Shown: positions 25,119 through 39,900 of the stretch, piece by piece
How positions within the stretch are numbered: the first letter of the stretch is position 1
Layout: each line of letters starts with the position of its first letter
Source of the DNA: Macrostomum lignano
Lineage: Eukaryota
Assembly (NCBI GenBank): GCA_002269645.1
Contig: NIVC01002775.1
Location: 1-64,000, forward strand
Reading direction: 5' to 3'
Length of the DNA: 64,000 bases
Notes under the pieces: generated by a model
What the model was told of the DNA's origin: nothing
Seen by the model: only the letters and a program-made list of their open reading frames with translations
The model's database searches: none
Made by a program: the position numbers and the translations under genes

Positions 25119-27326
25119 ATGCTAAGCAACAACAAGCGCTCAACGTCGCTGCTCCAACGAGCTCTGTCCGCCGCTATTGCTGCTTCGGTAAAACGACGCC
25201 GACCAAAACGCCTGTGCTTTCTAATAGCCTGTCACTCAGACTCAGCCAAGATATTGAACGAATTAGTTAGCGAGCTCAGGCTCAGTCTGCCTGGTTGCCG
25301 GCTAGTCTGCGCAACTATTGACGAAGTGGCGAAAGGACTGGGCAAGACTGCAAGGCACTACGATGCGGTGTTTGTTGTGCAGGATAAGCCGGACTGGCCT
25401 TTGCCTGAGCAATTGCGGCGAGTTCTGCTCAGGGAGAACTGGCGCTATCATCTGCTGGCTGCCGAGGAGAATGGCTGCGAGCTGAGTAGTGAAACCGAGG
25501 ACCTGGTGCACTGGCAATTCAAAGATTGGAGACAGCTGCAGATTCAATTGGGCGATCTGATGTACGAGAGGGCCAGAGGTGAGTGCTGACTGCGCATATA
25601 ATCCAGTTCAATCAGTTAGATGCAGGAGTTAGAAAGTGGTATAGATGAGTTGGGGAAGTGGATAGATGAGTGGGGAAGTGGATTGATGAGTTGGAAAGTG
25701 GATTGATGAGTGGGGAAGTGGATAGATGAGTGGGGAAGTGGATTGATGAGTGGGGAAGTGGATACACGAGTTGTGGAAGTGGATAGATGAGGGGGGAAGT
25801 GGATAGATGAGTGGATAAGTGGATAGATGAGTAGGGAAGTGGATAGATGAGTGGGGGAAGTGGATAGATGAGTGGGGAAGTGGATTGATGAGTGGGGAAG
25901 TGGATACACGAGTTGTGGAAGTGGATAGATGAGGGGGGAAGTGGATAGATGAGTGGATAAGTGGATAGATGAGTAGGGAAGTGGATAGATGAGTGGGGGA
26001 AGTGGATAGATGAGTGGATAAGTGGATAGATGAGTAGGGAAGTGGATAGATGAGGGGGGAAGTGGATAGATGAGTGGATAAGTGGATAGATGAGTAGGGA
26101 AGTGGATAGATGAGTGGGGGAAGTGGATAGATGAGGGGGGAAGTGGATAGATGAGTGGGGAAGTGGATAGATGAGTGGGGAAGTGGATAGATGAGTGGGG
26201 GAAGTGGATTGATGAGTTGGAAAGTGGATTGATGAGTGGGGAAGTGGATACACGAGTTGTGGAAGTGGATAGATGAATGGGGAAGTGGATAAATAAGTGG
26301 GAAAGTGGATAGATGAGTGGGAAGTGGATACACGAGTTGTGGAAGTGGATAGATGAGGGGGGAAGTGGATAGATGAATGGGGAAGTGGATAGATGAGTGG
26401 AGAAGTGGATAGATAAGTGGAGAAGTGGATAGATGAGGGGGAATTGGATAGCTAAGCAGGGAAGTAGATAGATGAGTTGGGGAAGTGGATAGATGTGTGT
26501 TGAAGTAGGTAGATTGTGAAAGTGGATAGATTAGTTGGAAAGTGGATAAATCAGTTGGGGAAGTGGATAGATGGATTGGGGAAGTGAATAGATAAGTGGG
26601 AAAGTGGATAGATGAGTTGGGGACGTGGATAGATGAGTGGGGAAGTGGATAGATGAGTGGGAAAGTGGATAGATGAGTGGGAAAGTGGATAGATGAGTGA
26701 GAAAGTGGATAGATGAGTGTGGAAGTGAATATATGAGTGTGGAAGTGGATAGATTAGTGGGAAAGTGTATGGATGAGTGAGAAAGTGGATATATGAGTGG
26801 GGAAGTGGATAGATGAGTAGGGAAGTGGATAGATGAGTGGGGGAAGTGGATAGATGAGGGGGGAAGTGGATAGATGAGTGGGGAAGTGGATAGATGAGTG
26901 GGGAAGTGGATAGATGAGTGGGGGAAGTGGATTGATGAGTTGGAAAGTGGATTGATGAGTGGGGAAGTGGATACACGAGTTGTGGAAGTGGATAGATGAA
27001 TGGGGAAGTGGATAAATAAGTGGGAAAGTGGATAGATGAGTGGGACGTGGATAGATGAGTGGGGAAGTGGATAGATGAGTGGGAAAGTGGATAGATGAGT
27101 GAGAAAGTGGATAGATGAGTGTGGAAGTGAATATATGAGTGTGGAAGTAGATAGATTAGTGGGAAAGTGTATGGATGAGTGAGAAAGTGGATATATGAGT
27201 GGGGAAGTGGATAGATCGCACTACTGCATATACTCGTACATAAATATGATTTATTTTATAAAATCGCCCACAGATGTGCAACAGATTCCTTTTGGCGGCT
27301 CCTTTGATCTCCGAGCTCGCAGCTGA
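25119..27326 (+). CDS. Hypothetical protein, about 170 aa, possible TIR-like/flavodoxin-like alpha/beta fold
   Basis: GCCATG start, non-repetitive GC-rich ORF to a G|GTGAG donor (exon 25119-25578). A phase-compatible terminal exon lies at 27274-27326 (CACAG|AT GTG...TGA). Fold is inferred from sequence pattern only. Confidence 0.6.
25625..27215. repeat. G-rich 19-21 bp minisatellite (GAGTGGGGAAGTGGATAGAT)
   Basis: About 1.6 kb array filling the intron of the 25119 gene. Confidence 0.95.
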
Positions 27327-27854
27327 CGCTAAATCACGTGACCCACAGCGGCAGTGGAGCAGAATTATTGTATAATATTTTCAATAATAGTTTGACATTG
27401 CTGTGCTAATAGACTCGTATTTCAATGATGTATAAATTGTGAGTAGCTTATTGAAGCATTTTTTCAATAAATATTTCAAACAATTGAAACTTTTCCGCAT
27501 AGGAATGTTGACACTTTATGTACTATTAACCTGGAGCTATTTGTTATAAATCAAAGCGTGAATTATGTTCAATAAAGCATTGGTCAGTTTGACCTTTCAA
27601 AGGCACACTATTCCTAACTTTTGCGAAACAGCTTTTTATCTTTTTTTATTTATTAAGCATTAAAGCCTAAGTGCAATTTCTTTATTCCATTTTTATCTGC
27701 TGGGTTTCTCAAACAGATAAGAAACCGACAGCTCTTGCTAGCTGCTTTGACCAGCAATTAGGCAATGACTCATTGGCAACAGTTTGTTATTTATGATATG
27801 TTCGTTTATCACGTGTAAGCCGGTTCAATCATCAGCTTCAAGGGAAATTGAACA

Positions 27855-28780
27855 GTCATGAGTCATTAGTGATTCTATATGAGCTCATTACACTTTTAGC
27901 TACAGAAATGAGTCATTACTGATTTTATGAGCTCATTACACACTTTTAGCTACATAAATGAGTCATTTGTGATTTTATGAGCTCATTACACACTTTTAGC
28001 TACATAAATGAGTCATTAGTGATTTTATGAGCTCATTAAACACTTTTAGCTACAGAAATGATGCATTAGTGATTTTTATGAGCTCATTACACATTTTTAG
28101 CTACAGAAATGAGTCATTACTGATTTTATGAGCCCATTACACTTTTAGCTACAAAAATGAGTCATTAGTGATTTTGTGAGCTCATTACACTTTTAGCTAC
28201 AGAAACGAGTCATTAGTGATTTGTGAGCTCATTACACTTTTAGCTACAGAAACGAGTCATTAGTGATTTTATGAGCTCATTACACACTTTTAGCTACAGA
28301 AATGAGTCATTAGTGATTTTATGAGCTCATTACACACTTTTAGCTACAGAAACGAGTCATTAGTGATTTTATGAGCTCATTACACACTTTTAGCTACATA
28401 AATGAGTCATTAGTGATTTTCTGATCTCATTAAACTGTTAGCCACAGAAAATAAGTCATTTTTTATCTTATTACAATTAGCTACAAAAGTGTCATTAGTG
28501 ATAGTATGATCTCATTATAGTTTTAACTATTTGTGAGTCATTTGCCATATCTATGTTTATTTTCATTATCAGAGGCAGTAGCTGTGTGCACCCCGGCGGC
28601 GCACTTTAAGCGACATTGTCACACAACCGGCGAGAGGCATTACTGCTCATTCCGCAGACTCCCCTGAGCAGGCACACAAGCTCACGGATACGTACGCAGT
28701 CACACGCACAGGCACACACTCACACAGGAGTGCACAGCGGCCCTGACTTTATTTATCGTTAGGCATTTACACTTAGCGGC
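27855..28780 (-). mobile_element. SINE body (28560-28780) with expanded 48-50 bp tandem-repeat tail (27855-28540)
   Basis: Body matches 46862-47060. The junction GAGTCATTTGCCAT...GTTTATTTTCATT is shared with 46830-46860. About 14 tail units. Confidence 0.75.
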
Positions 28781-29204
28781 AGCACTCACCCTAGAATGAC
28801 ATGACTATTCACTACCGACTACTGATACATGTAAGTAGAGACGTAAGTGTTTAAATTAAAATATATACAATAACCTGATAAGTGGAATAAAACAATTCAA
28901 ATGATGCGTACATATAACTATAACAAACTTCTTCAACGAGGTTAAAGAATATGTCACCAACAAGGTCGGGAGTACCTGACACACAAACGTTACGGTTTTA
29001 TTTTGTGACGAATGAGTTTCTAAACAGGCCAGCGCCATAAATAATTAAAACGCATTGCTTAGTATGAGAAAAATAAAATATATCAGTCTCCAGAATATAG
29101 CGTAAGTGCACATTGTTTTGAAAAAAAAGACATGCATTTTACTAACCACCACCTAGAACACTTACTTTGACTCAAGACACAGTTCTCGTTCCATTCCTAG
29201 GTGC

Positions 29205-29720
29205 AGGCTAAGATCCTCGGACACATTCCTTCAGATTCTCGGACATTCCCTCAGATCCTCGGACACATTCTCTCAGATTCTCGGAAACATTCCCTCAGAT
29301 CCTCGGGCACATTCCTCAGATCCTCGGACACATTCCCTCAGATCCTCGGACACATTCCCTCAGATTCTCGGACACATTCCCTCAGATTCCCGGACACATT
29401 CTCCTAAGATTCTCGGACAAAACCCCCTTCAGATTCTCGGACACAACCCTCAGATTCTCGGAGACACCCCGTGAGATTCTCGGACACATCCCCCTTCAGA
29501 TTCTCTGACACTTCCCTCAGATTCTTGGACGCATGCCCCCAGATTCTCGGACACACCTCCTCAGATTCTCTGACACATCCCTCCTCAAATCTCCGGACAC
29601 CGTTCTCAAACTGTCGAACATCCTTAGGATTCTTGAGCAGTTTCAGTATCTCGGACACCTTCAGAACCTCAAACACACTGTTATAACTGTAAGATTCTCG
29701 GACGAATTGCCTTTAAATCC
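29205..29720. repeat. About 22 bp minisatellite (CCTCAGATTCTCGGACACATTC)
   Basis: Degenerate tandem units just downstream of the ZIP-like stop codon. Confidence 0.9.
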
Positions 29721-29822
29721 TCGGACAAATCTTTAGATAGTTTCTTAGATACACCTCACACACCTGCTCTACAAGCTTCCTTAGAGCCTCGGACACCCCG
29801 AACAACTCCCCATGATCCACAC

Positions 29823-32200
<2,378 letters not shown>

Positions 32201-32304
32201 TTTGGTAGAATCTGTTTAACTGGAGCGGCTCGTGTTGAATTCCTAGAAATGAAGTACATGTAGGTAAGGGTGAACTAGTTTATATAGACATATCTAGCAC
32301 CTTA

Positions 32305-33615
32305 CTTTTAGATTTGGACACTAATCTAGTTGATTTAGGCGCTAATCTATTCGATTTAAGCGCTAATCTAGTTGACTCAGGCGCTAATCTATTAGATTCA
32401 GGCGCTAATCTAGTTGATTTAGGCGCTAATCTATTAGATTTAGGCGCTAATCTATTAGATTTAGGCGCTAATCTATTAGATTTAGGCGCTAATCTATTAG
32501 ATTTAGGCGCTAATCTATTAGATTTAGGCGCTAATCTAGTTGACTCAGGCGCTAATCTATTAGATTTAGGCGCTAATCTATTAGATTTAGGCGCTAATCT
32601 ATTAGATTTAGGCGCTAATCTATTAGATTTAGGCGCTAATCTATTAGATTTAGGCGCTAATCTAGTTGATTTAGGCGCTAATCTATTAGATTTAGGCGCT
32701 AATCTAGTTGATTTAGGCGCTAATCTATTCGATTTAAGCGCTAATCTAGTTGACTCAGGCGCTAATCTATTAGATTCAGGCGCTAATCTATTAGATTTAG
32801 GCGCTAATCTATTAGATTTAGGCGCTAATCTATTAGATTTAGGCGCTAATCTATTAGATTTAGGCGCTAATCTATTAGATTTAGGCGCTAATCTAGTTGA
32901 TTTAGGCGCTAATCTATTAGATTTAGGCGCTAATCTATTAGATTTGGACACTAATCTAGTTGATTTAGGCGCTAATCTATTCGATTTAAGCGCTAATCTA
33001 GTTGACTCAGGCGCTAATCTATTAGATTCAGGCGCTAATCTATTAGATTTAGGCGCTAATCTATTAGATTTAGGCGCTAATCTATTAGATTTAGGCGCTA
33101 ATCTAGTTGATTTAGGCGCTAATCTATTAGATTTAGGCGCTAATCTATTAGATTTAGGCGCTAATCTATTAGATTTAGGCGCTAATCTAGTTGACTCAGG
33201 CGCTAATCTAGTTGACTCAGGCGCTAATCCATTTGATTTAGGCGCAAATCTATTAGATTCAGGCGCTAATCTAGTTGATTTAGGCGCTAATCTAGTTGAT
33301 TTAGGCGCTAATCTATTAGATTTAGGCGCTAATCTATTAGATTTAGGCGCTAATCTATTAGATTTATGCGCTAATCTAGTTGACTCAGGCGCTAATCTAG
33401 TTGACTCAGGCGCTAATCTAGTTGACTCAGGCGCTAATCCATTTGATTTAGGCGCAAATCTATTAGATTCAGGCACTAATCTAGTTGATTTAGGCGCTAA
33501 TCTAGTTGATTTAGGCGCTAATCTAGTTGATTTAGGCGCTAATCTATTAGATTTAGGCGCTAATCTAGTTGACTCAGGCGCTAATCTATTAGATTTAGGC
33601 ACTAATCTATTAGAC
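32305..33615. repeat. 21 bp minisatellite (GATTTAGGCGCTAATCTATTA)
   Basis: About 62 units, each a near-palindrome (TAGATTTAG GCG CTAATCTA). Confidence 0.97.
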
Positions 33616-34129
33616 ATACCAAACAATAGATACATTTACGTACCTTTCTTAAAACGAACTCTATACCTTTATTATGGAACAATTGCAAGAATAGTCTTCA
33701 ACTACATTAATAAGCCAAACTTGACGCGTTCTTTCAAGATTGCAGGCAATTTTTTGGCAAATACATTTATTCTGCCCTCGAATTCCAAAGCTCTATTAAG
33801 CAAACAGTCTCAGCTATAGAAACACTGGCTGACTGTTTGCAAAAAACTGTCTGGTAGAATGTGTTACATACCAGAATAGATATATAGAGGACAGAGGGAG
33901 AACGCGAGTACGAAACTCTGCTGTCGCCTGTCATGTTGGGTAGGAAATTGAAATGAAGCAGGTGGTCAAAGTTGACTTCGGGTTTGCTGTAGGGGGTGGG
34001 CGGCGTCCAAATATTGCTGGGCCAACTTCATGCGAGTTTTGCTCTATTGAATTTTCCTACTCCTAGTGGCGAATAAGTACGCGTTGCGATCTTCATCTGT
34101 TCAAGCCTCTACCCGTTGGAACTCGCCTG

Positions 34130-34600
34130 TTAGGAATCTCATCCGATAGAATCTCAATCTTGGAATCTAACCCACTAGAATCTCAATCTTTGGAATCCCA
34201 CCTGCTAGAATCTCAATCTTTGGAATCTCACCCGTTAAAATCTCAATCTTTGGAATCTAACCCAGTAGAATCTCAATCTTTGGAATCCCACCTGCTAGAA
34301 TCTCAATCTTTGGAATCTCATCCGATAGAATCTTAATCTTGGAATCTCACCTGCTAGAATCTCAATCTTTGGAATCTTATTCGATAGAATTTTAATCTTG
34401 GAATCTCACCCAGTAGAATCTCTATCTTTGGAATCTTATCCAATAGAATCTTAATCTTGGAATCTCACCCAGTAGAATCTCAATCCTTGGAATCTCACCC
34501 GAGAGGATCTCAATCTTTGGAATCTCACGCGATAGGATCTCAGTCTTTGGAATCTCATCCGCTAAAGTCTTAATCTTTGGAATCTCACCCATTAGAATCT
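34130..34600. repeat. About 30 bp minisatellite (AGAATCTCAATCTTTGGAATCTCACC...)
   Basis: About 15 degenerate units. Confidence 0.9.
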
Positions 34601-35194
34601 CACACGCGATAGAACCCAACCCAAATTAGGCAACAGAATATTATTAAGTATAGCTTGTAAAATACTCACTGTTGCAGTGGCTCAGTACCTGCAGGCAAGC
34701 TGTGAAACAAACACAGCAGAATATGATGAGAGGCCCCTCCTTGGCCGGCACGTGTCTGCTCTCTATGCGAGCGAAGCTAAACTCAATCTTTAATAGATGA
34801 CAAAGTGAGCCATTGTTTGTTAGGGACACAGTCCAAACTCCAGAGCCCTCGTGTGCTGGGGGTCTCGTATGGCATCTAGCTGATATTTCTCAGCCTCTTG
34901 ATGTACACCTATGCAAACTTGTACAAATTTACCGCGAAGTTGAATGTACATACAGAGCCATTGAGAATTTGTGTGCGTGTTGGTCTTTCGCGTGTTGGCT
35001 CTGTGACGCCTCTGTGACGCTAGTAGAGTGTTAGACGGACACAATGTATTGTATTTACTGAAGCCATTGTGCACGTGTGTTCTCTATATTGGGTGATGCT
35101 AGAGGTGAGTTTAAAAATATTTATTATGAGGCGGGACTACCTACTCGTAGTAGCAGTAGACAAATGGCTCATTTAAAATTAGACACCTGCCTCT

Positions 35195-36555
35195 ATTGAT
35201 TGTCTCAGTAGACATTGAGTGACTCTTGATTTTCTGAGTATGGACACCTGAGTGACTCTTGACTGTCTGAGTAGACTCCTGAGTGACTCTTTATTGACTG
35301 AGTAGACACCTGAGTGATTCGATTGTCTGAGTAGACTCCTGAGTGACTCTTGATTGTCTGAGTAGACTCCTGAGTGACTCTTGATTGCCTGAGTAGACAC
35401 CTGAGTGACTCTTGACTGTCTGAGTATGGACAGTTGAGTGACTCTTGATTGTCTGATTAGACACCTGAGTGACTCTTGATTGTCTGATTAGACACCTGAG
35501 TGACTCTTGATTGCCTGAGTAGACACCTGAGTGACTCTTGACTGTCTGAGTATGGACAGTTGAGTGACTCTTGATTGTCTGATTAGACACCTGAGTGACT
35601 CTTGTTGTCTGAGTAGACTCCTGAGTGACTCTTGATTGCCTGAGTAGACATCTGAGTGACTCTTACTTGTCTGAGTAGACACCTGAGTGACTCTTGATTG
35701 TCTGAGTAGACTCCTGAGTGACTATTGATTGCCTGAGTAGACATCTGAGTGACTCTTACTTGTCTGAGTAGACTCCTGAGTGACTCTTGATTGCCTGAGT
35801 AGACATCTGAGTGACTCTTACTTGTCTGAGTAGACACCTGAGTGACTCTTGATTGTCTGAGTAGACTCCTGAGTGACTATTGATTGCCTGAGTAGACATC
35901 TGAGTGACTCTTGATTGTCTGAGTAGACTCCTGAGTGACTATTGATTGCCTGAGTAGACATCTGAGTGACTCTTACTTGTCTGAGTAGACACCTGAGTGA
36001 TTCGATTGTCTGAGTAGACACCTGAGTGACTCTTGATTGCCTGAGTAGACATTTGAGGGGTTCTTGATTGCCTGAGTAGACATCTGAGTGACTCTTGATT
36101 GCCTGAGTAGACATTTGAGTGACTCTTGACTGTCTGAGTATGGACACTGAGTGACTCTTGACTGTCTGAGTATGGACACTGAGTGACTCTTGACTGTCTG
36201 AGTATGGACACCTGAGTGACTCTTGACTGTCTGAGTATGGACACTCCTGAGTGACTCTTGACTGTCTGAGTATGGACACTCCTGAGTGACTCTTGACTGT
36301 CTGAGTATGGACACTCCTGAGTGACTCTTGACTGTCTGAGTATGGACACTCCTGAGTGACTCTTGACTGTCTGAGTATGGACACTCCTGAGTGACTCTTG
36401 ACTGTCTGAGTATGGACACTCCTGAGTGACTCTTGACTGTCTGAGTATGGACACTCCTGAGTGACTCTTGACTGTCTGAGTATGGACACCTGAGTGACTC
36501 TTGACTGTCTGAGTATGGACACTCCTGAGTGACTCTTGACTGTCTGAGTAGACAG
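35195..36555. repeat. 30-33 bp minisatellite (CTGAGTGACTCTTGATTGTCTGAGTAGACAC)
   Basis: About 43 units downstream of TCTE1. Confidence 0.95.
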
Positions 36556-36911
36556 CTGATTAATTCTCGGGGCTCCGAGTAAAAGGGTACATTTTTATAT
36601 TAACAGCCTCTGAATATAAATCAACCGAAAAGTATTAAGGGTAAAGTAAAGGTAAAAGGAACAACGGTATTTTTGCCATTGTATTATAATAAACTGGTCC
36701 GAATCTGTAGATAAAAAATTTACAATGCCAAGTTAGAAAACATTTTTTCAGTACAATTGTATAGAGAAACCGCCGTTTTCCTTTATAAAACAAAGAATGT
36801 TTCTTGTTAGTCAGAGATGCTACTCATCATATGAATTATTTGTCACACACTGAAAAAACAACTATTAAAATCCCCCCAACTCAAAGGCAGCCTCAATTGA
36901 TCTATCGATGG

Positions 36912-39900
36912 CTACTTGTTCTGTCGTTTCTCCCTCCTCTCCTGGTTCTTCTCCAGCACCTGGGAGATGCGGTACTCGGATTCCTGGCCGCACTCGGTGA
37001 AGCGCAGGTCCATCTCCAGCAAGGTGTGGTTCCGCTCCATGCCCTCCTGCAGCTGCTTGCCGCCGTCAGCACCCAGGCGGTTGTTGCACAGGTTCAGCCG
37101 TTGCAGCGTCTTGTTCTGGACGATCACCTGAGCCAGCACGGTTGCCGTCGGCTCTGTCAACTCGTTGCTGGAGATGTCGACATCTTCCAGGACGTCGTTG
37201 CGGATCAGCGCCTTGCCGATGGCCTGGCCGCCATCGTCGCCCATCCGGTTGAGGCGGAGGCTGAGCTGTCGCAGAGTGCGGTTCTTGAGCAGCGCGTGGG
37301 CGAGAGCCTGGGCGCCCTGAGCTCGCACCAGATTGTCCGTGACATCCAAGCGGACCAGCTTGCTGTGGCCATTCAGGAATTTGCCGAGCGCACGGGCCCC
37401 CCGATCTCCGATGCTGTTGTGCGACAGGTCCAGCTCCTCCAGTCCCGGATGGTCCAGCAGCCGGCTGATGAGGATGCGGCACCGGTCGCAGTCCACTTTG
37501 CTGCGGCTGAGCTGCAACACTCGCAGCTGACGACAAGCGGCCACAGCTTCGGCGAGTTTCAGGCAGTCTTTGGCGGTGAAGTTGAAGAGGCTCCATTCGA
37601 AGTTCATGCCGCAGTCGCGGACGGTGTAGCAGAGTCGCAGCTCCGTGAGGTTCGGCAGCTGTGGAAGCAGCGGTCCGAAGTCCAGGTGGCTGTTGTCCAG
37701 CTCGTTCTCCGTGTCAGAGCCGTGGTCGCTGCCGGCTTCGTCGCCCTGACCGGCGGTGTCGTCGGCGACCGGCGGCAGCAGCTGATTGATGACGAGCCGG
37801 CGGACGAACGGGCCGGCCAGGATGAGCGACTCGCTGAGCTGAGTTGGGTCCGTGCTGCCCGGCACGAAGAATTCGATCACTTCCTGTGGAATTGGCAATA
37901 TTGTGATTTGTTTAAATGCTTCTTTTCAATTTGGATTCTGCTGTCTACTTGGATTAGGAAAAAGTTAATATAAATCAATTTAAATTCCAGTGGTTTCAAT
38001 TCTATGCTTAGGCATCAAATAAAAATGAAATGAAAAGTGGAGATAAAATCATAGCATTTACTGTATTACATGAAATTAAAAAAAAATTAATTCCTGATAT
38101 ACTCGTAGTTATAAGACTATGCTGCATTTTTAATGCACTTTTTGTTGATATTAATTTTTATAGATATTCTATTTATTATTGTTTATGACAATATTGCGCA
38201 ATACGAGTTCGTAGATTTTTATTGCGTTTTATTTATAAACAAATTTTATTTAAAAAATCATTTCTATTAGGATTATTAGGATTAATCGGTGTTTTTAGTT
38301 TTTAAGTAGAAAACTAGCAATCTTCGCCCCCCGATGAGGGACTTCTGGATAGAATCCTTGTTATTTAGAAATAACAAATAGACAGCGAAATAAAGCCTTC
38401 ATAAAAAAACAACAGACATTCCCTCTAAAAACAGAACATCCCCCAGATAGCAAGCATCCCCCAGATAGCAAGCATCCCCCAGATAGCAAGCATCCCCCAG
38501 ACAACAAACATCCCCCAGATCGCAAGCATCCCCCAGATAGCAAGCATCCCCCAGATAGCAAGCATCCCCCAGATCGCAAGCATCCCCCAGATAGCAAGCA
38601 TCCCCCAGATAGCAAGCATCCCCAGATCGCAAGCATCCCCAGATAGCAAGCATCCCCCAGATAGCAAGCATCCCCCAGATAGCAAGCATCCCCCAGATAC
38701 CAAACCATCCCCCAGATAGCAAGCATCCCCCAGATAGAAAGCAACCCCCAGATAGCAAGCATCCCCAGATAGCAAGCATCCCCCAGATAGCAAGCATCCC
38801 CCAGATAGCAAGCATCCCCCAGATAGAAAGCAACCCCCAGATCGCAAGCATCCCCCAGATAGCAAGCATCCCCCAGATAGCAAGCATCCCCCAGATAGCA
38901 AGCAACCCCCAGATAGCAAGCATCCCCCAGATAGCAAGCATCCCCCAGATAGCAAGCATCCCCAGATCGCAAGCATCCCCAGACAACAAACATCCCCCAG
39001 ATCGCAAGCATCCCCCAGATAGCAAGCATCCCCCAGATAGCAAACATCCCCCAGATCGCAAGCATCCCCCAGATAGCAAGCATCCCCAGATCGCAAGCAT
39101 CCCCCAGATAGCAAGCATCCCCCAGATAGCAAGCATCCCCCAGATCGCAAGCATCCCCCAGATAGCAAGCATCCCCCAGATAGCAAGCATCCCCCAGATA
39201 GCAAGCATCCCCCATATAGCAAGCATCCCCCAGATACCAAACCATCCCCCAGATAGCAAGCATCCCCCAGATAGAAAGCAACCCCCAGATAGCAAGCATC
39301 CCCCAGATAGCAAGCATCCCCCAGATAGCAAGCATCCCCCAGATAGCAAGCAACCCCCAGATAGCAAGCATCCCAGATAGCAAGCATCCCCCAGATAGCA
39401 AGCATCCCCAGACAACAAACATCCCCCAGATCGCAAGCATCCCCCAGATAGCAAGCATCCCCCAGATAGCAAACATCCCCCAGATCGCAAGCATCCCCCA
39501 GATAGCAAGCATCCCCAGATCGCAAGCATCCCCAGATAGCAAGCATCCCCCAGATAGCAAGCATCCCCCAGATAGCAAGCATCCCCCAGATAGCAAGCAT
39601 CCCCCAGATCGCAAGCATCCCCCAGATAGCAAGCATCCCCCAGATAGCAAGCATCCCCCAGATAGCAAGCATCCCCCAGATAGCAAGCATCCCCCAGATA
39701 GCAAGCATCCCCCAGATAGCAAGCATCCCCCAGATAGCAAGCATCCCCCAGATAGCAAGCATCCCCCAGATAGCAAGCATCCCCCAGATCGCAAGCATCC
39801 CCCAGATAGCAAGCATCCCCCAGATAGCAAGCATCCCCCAGATAGCAAGCATCCCCCAGATCGCAAGCATCCCCCAGATAGCAAGCATCCCCCAGATAGC

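Noticed and set aside
27855-28540. Regularly spaced palindromic repeats resembling a CRISPR array (also 42560-42890, 52795-53280)
   Set aside because: No unique spacers, units are head-to-tail, the context is eukaryotic and no cas genes are present.
32280-33819. 451 and 501 aa ORFs (APKSNRL; LGANLLD, superficially LRR- or pentapeptide-like)
   Set aside because: Translation of a 21 bp satellite with no unique coding flanks or splice context.
34640-35170. Non-repetitive stretch with short ORFs between satellites
   Set aside because: No coding bias, splice framework or recognisable motif; left unannotated.
36804-37973. 389 aa plus-strand ORF
   Set aside because: Antisense shadow of the GC-rich TCTE1 exon 2.
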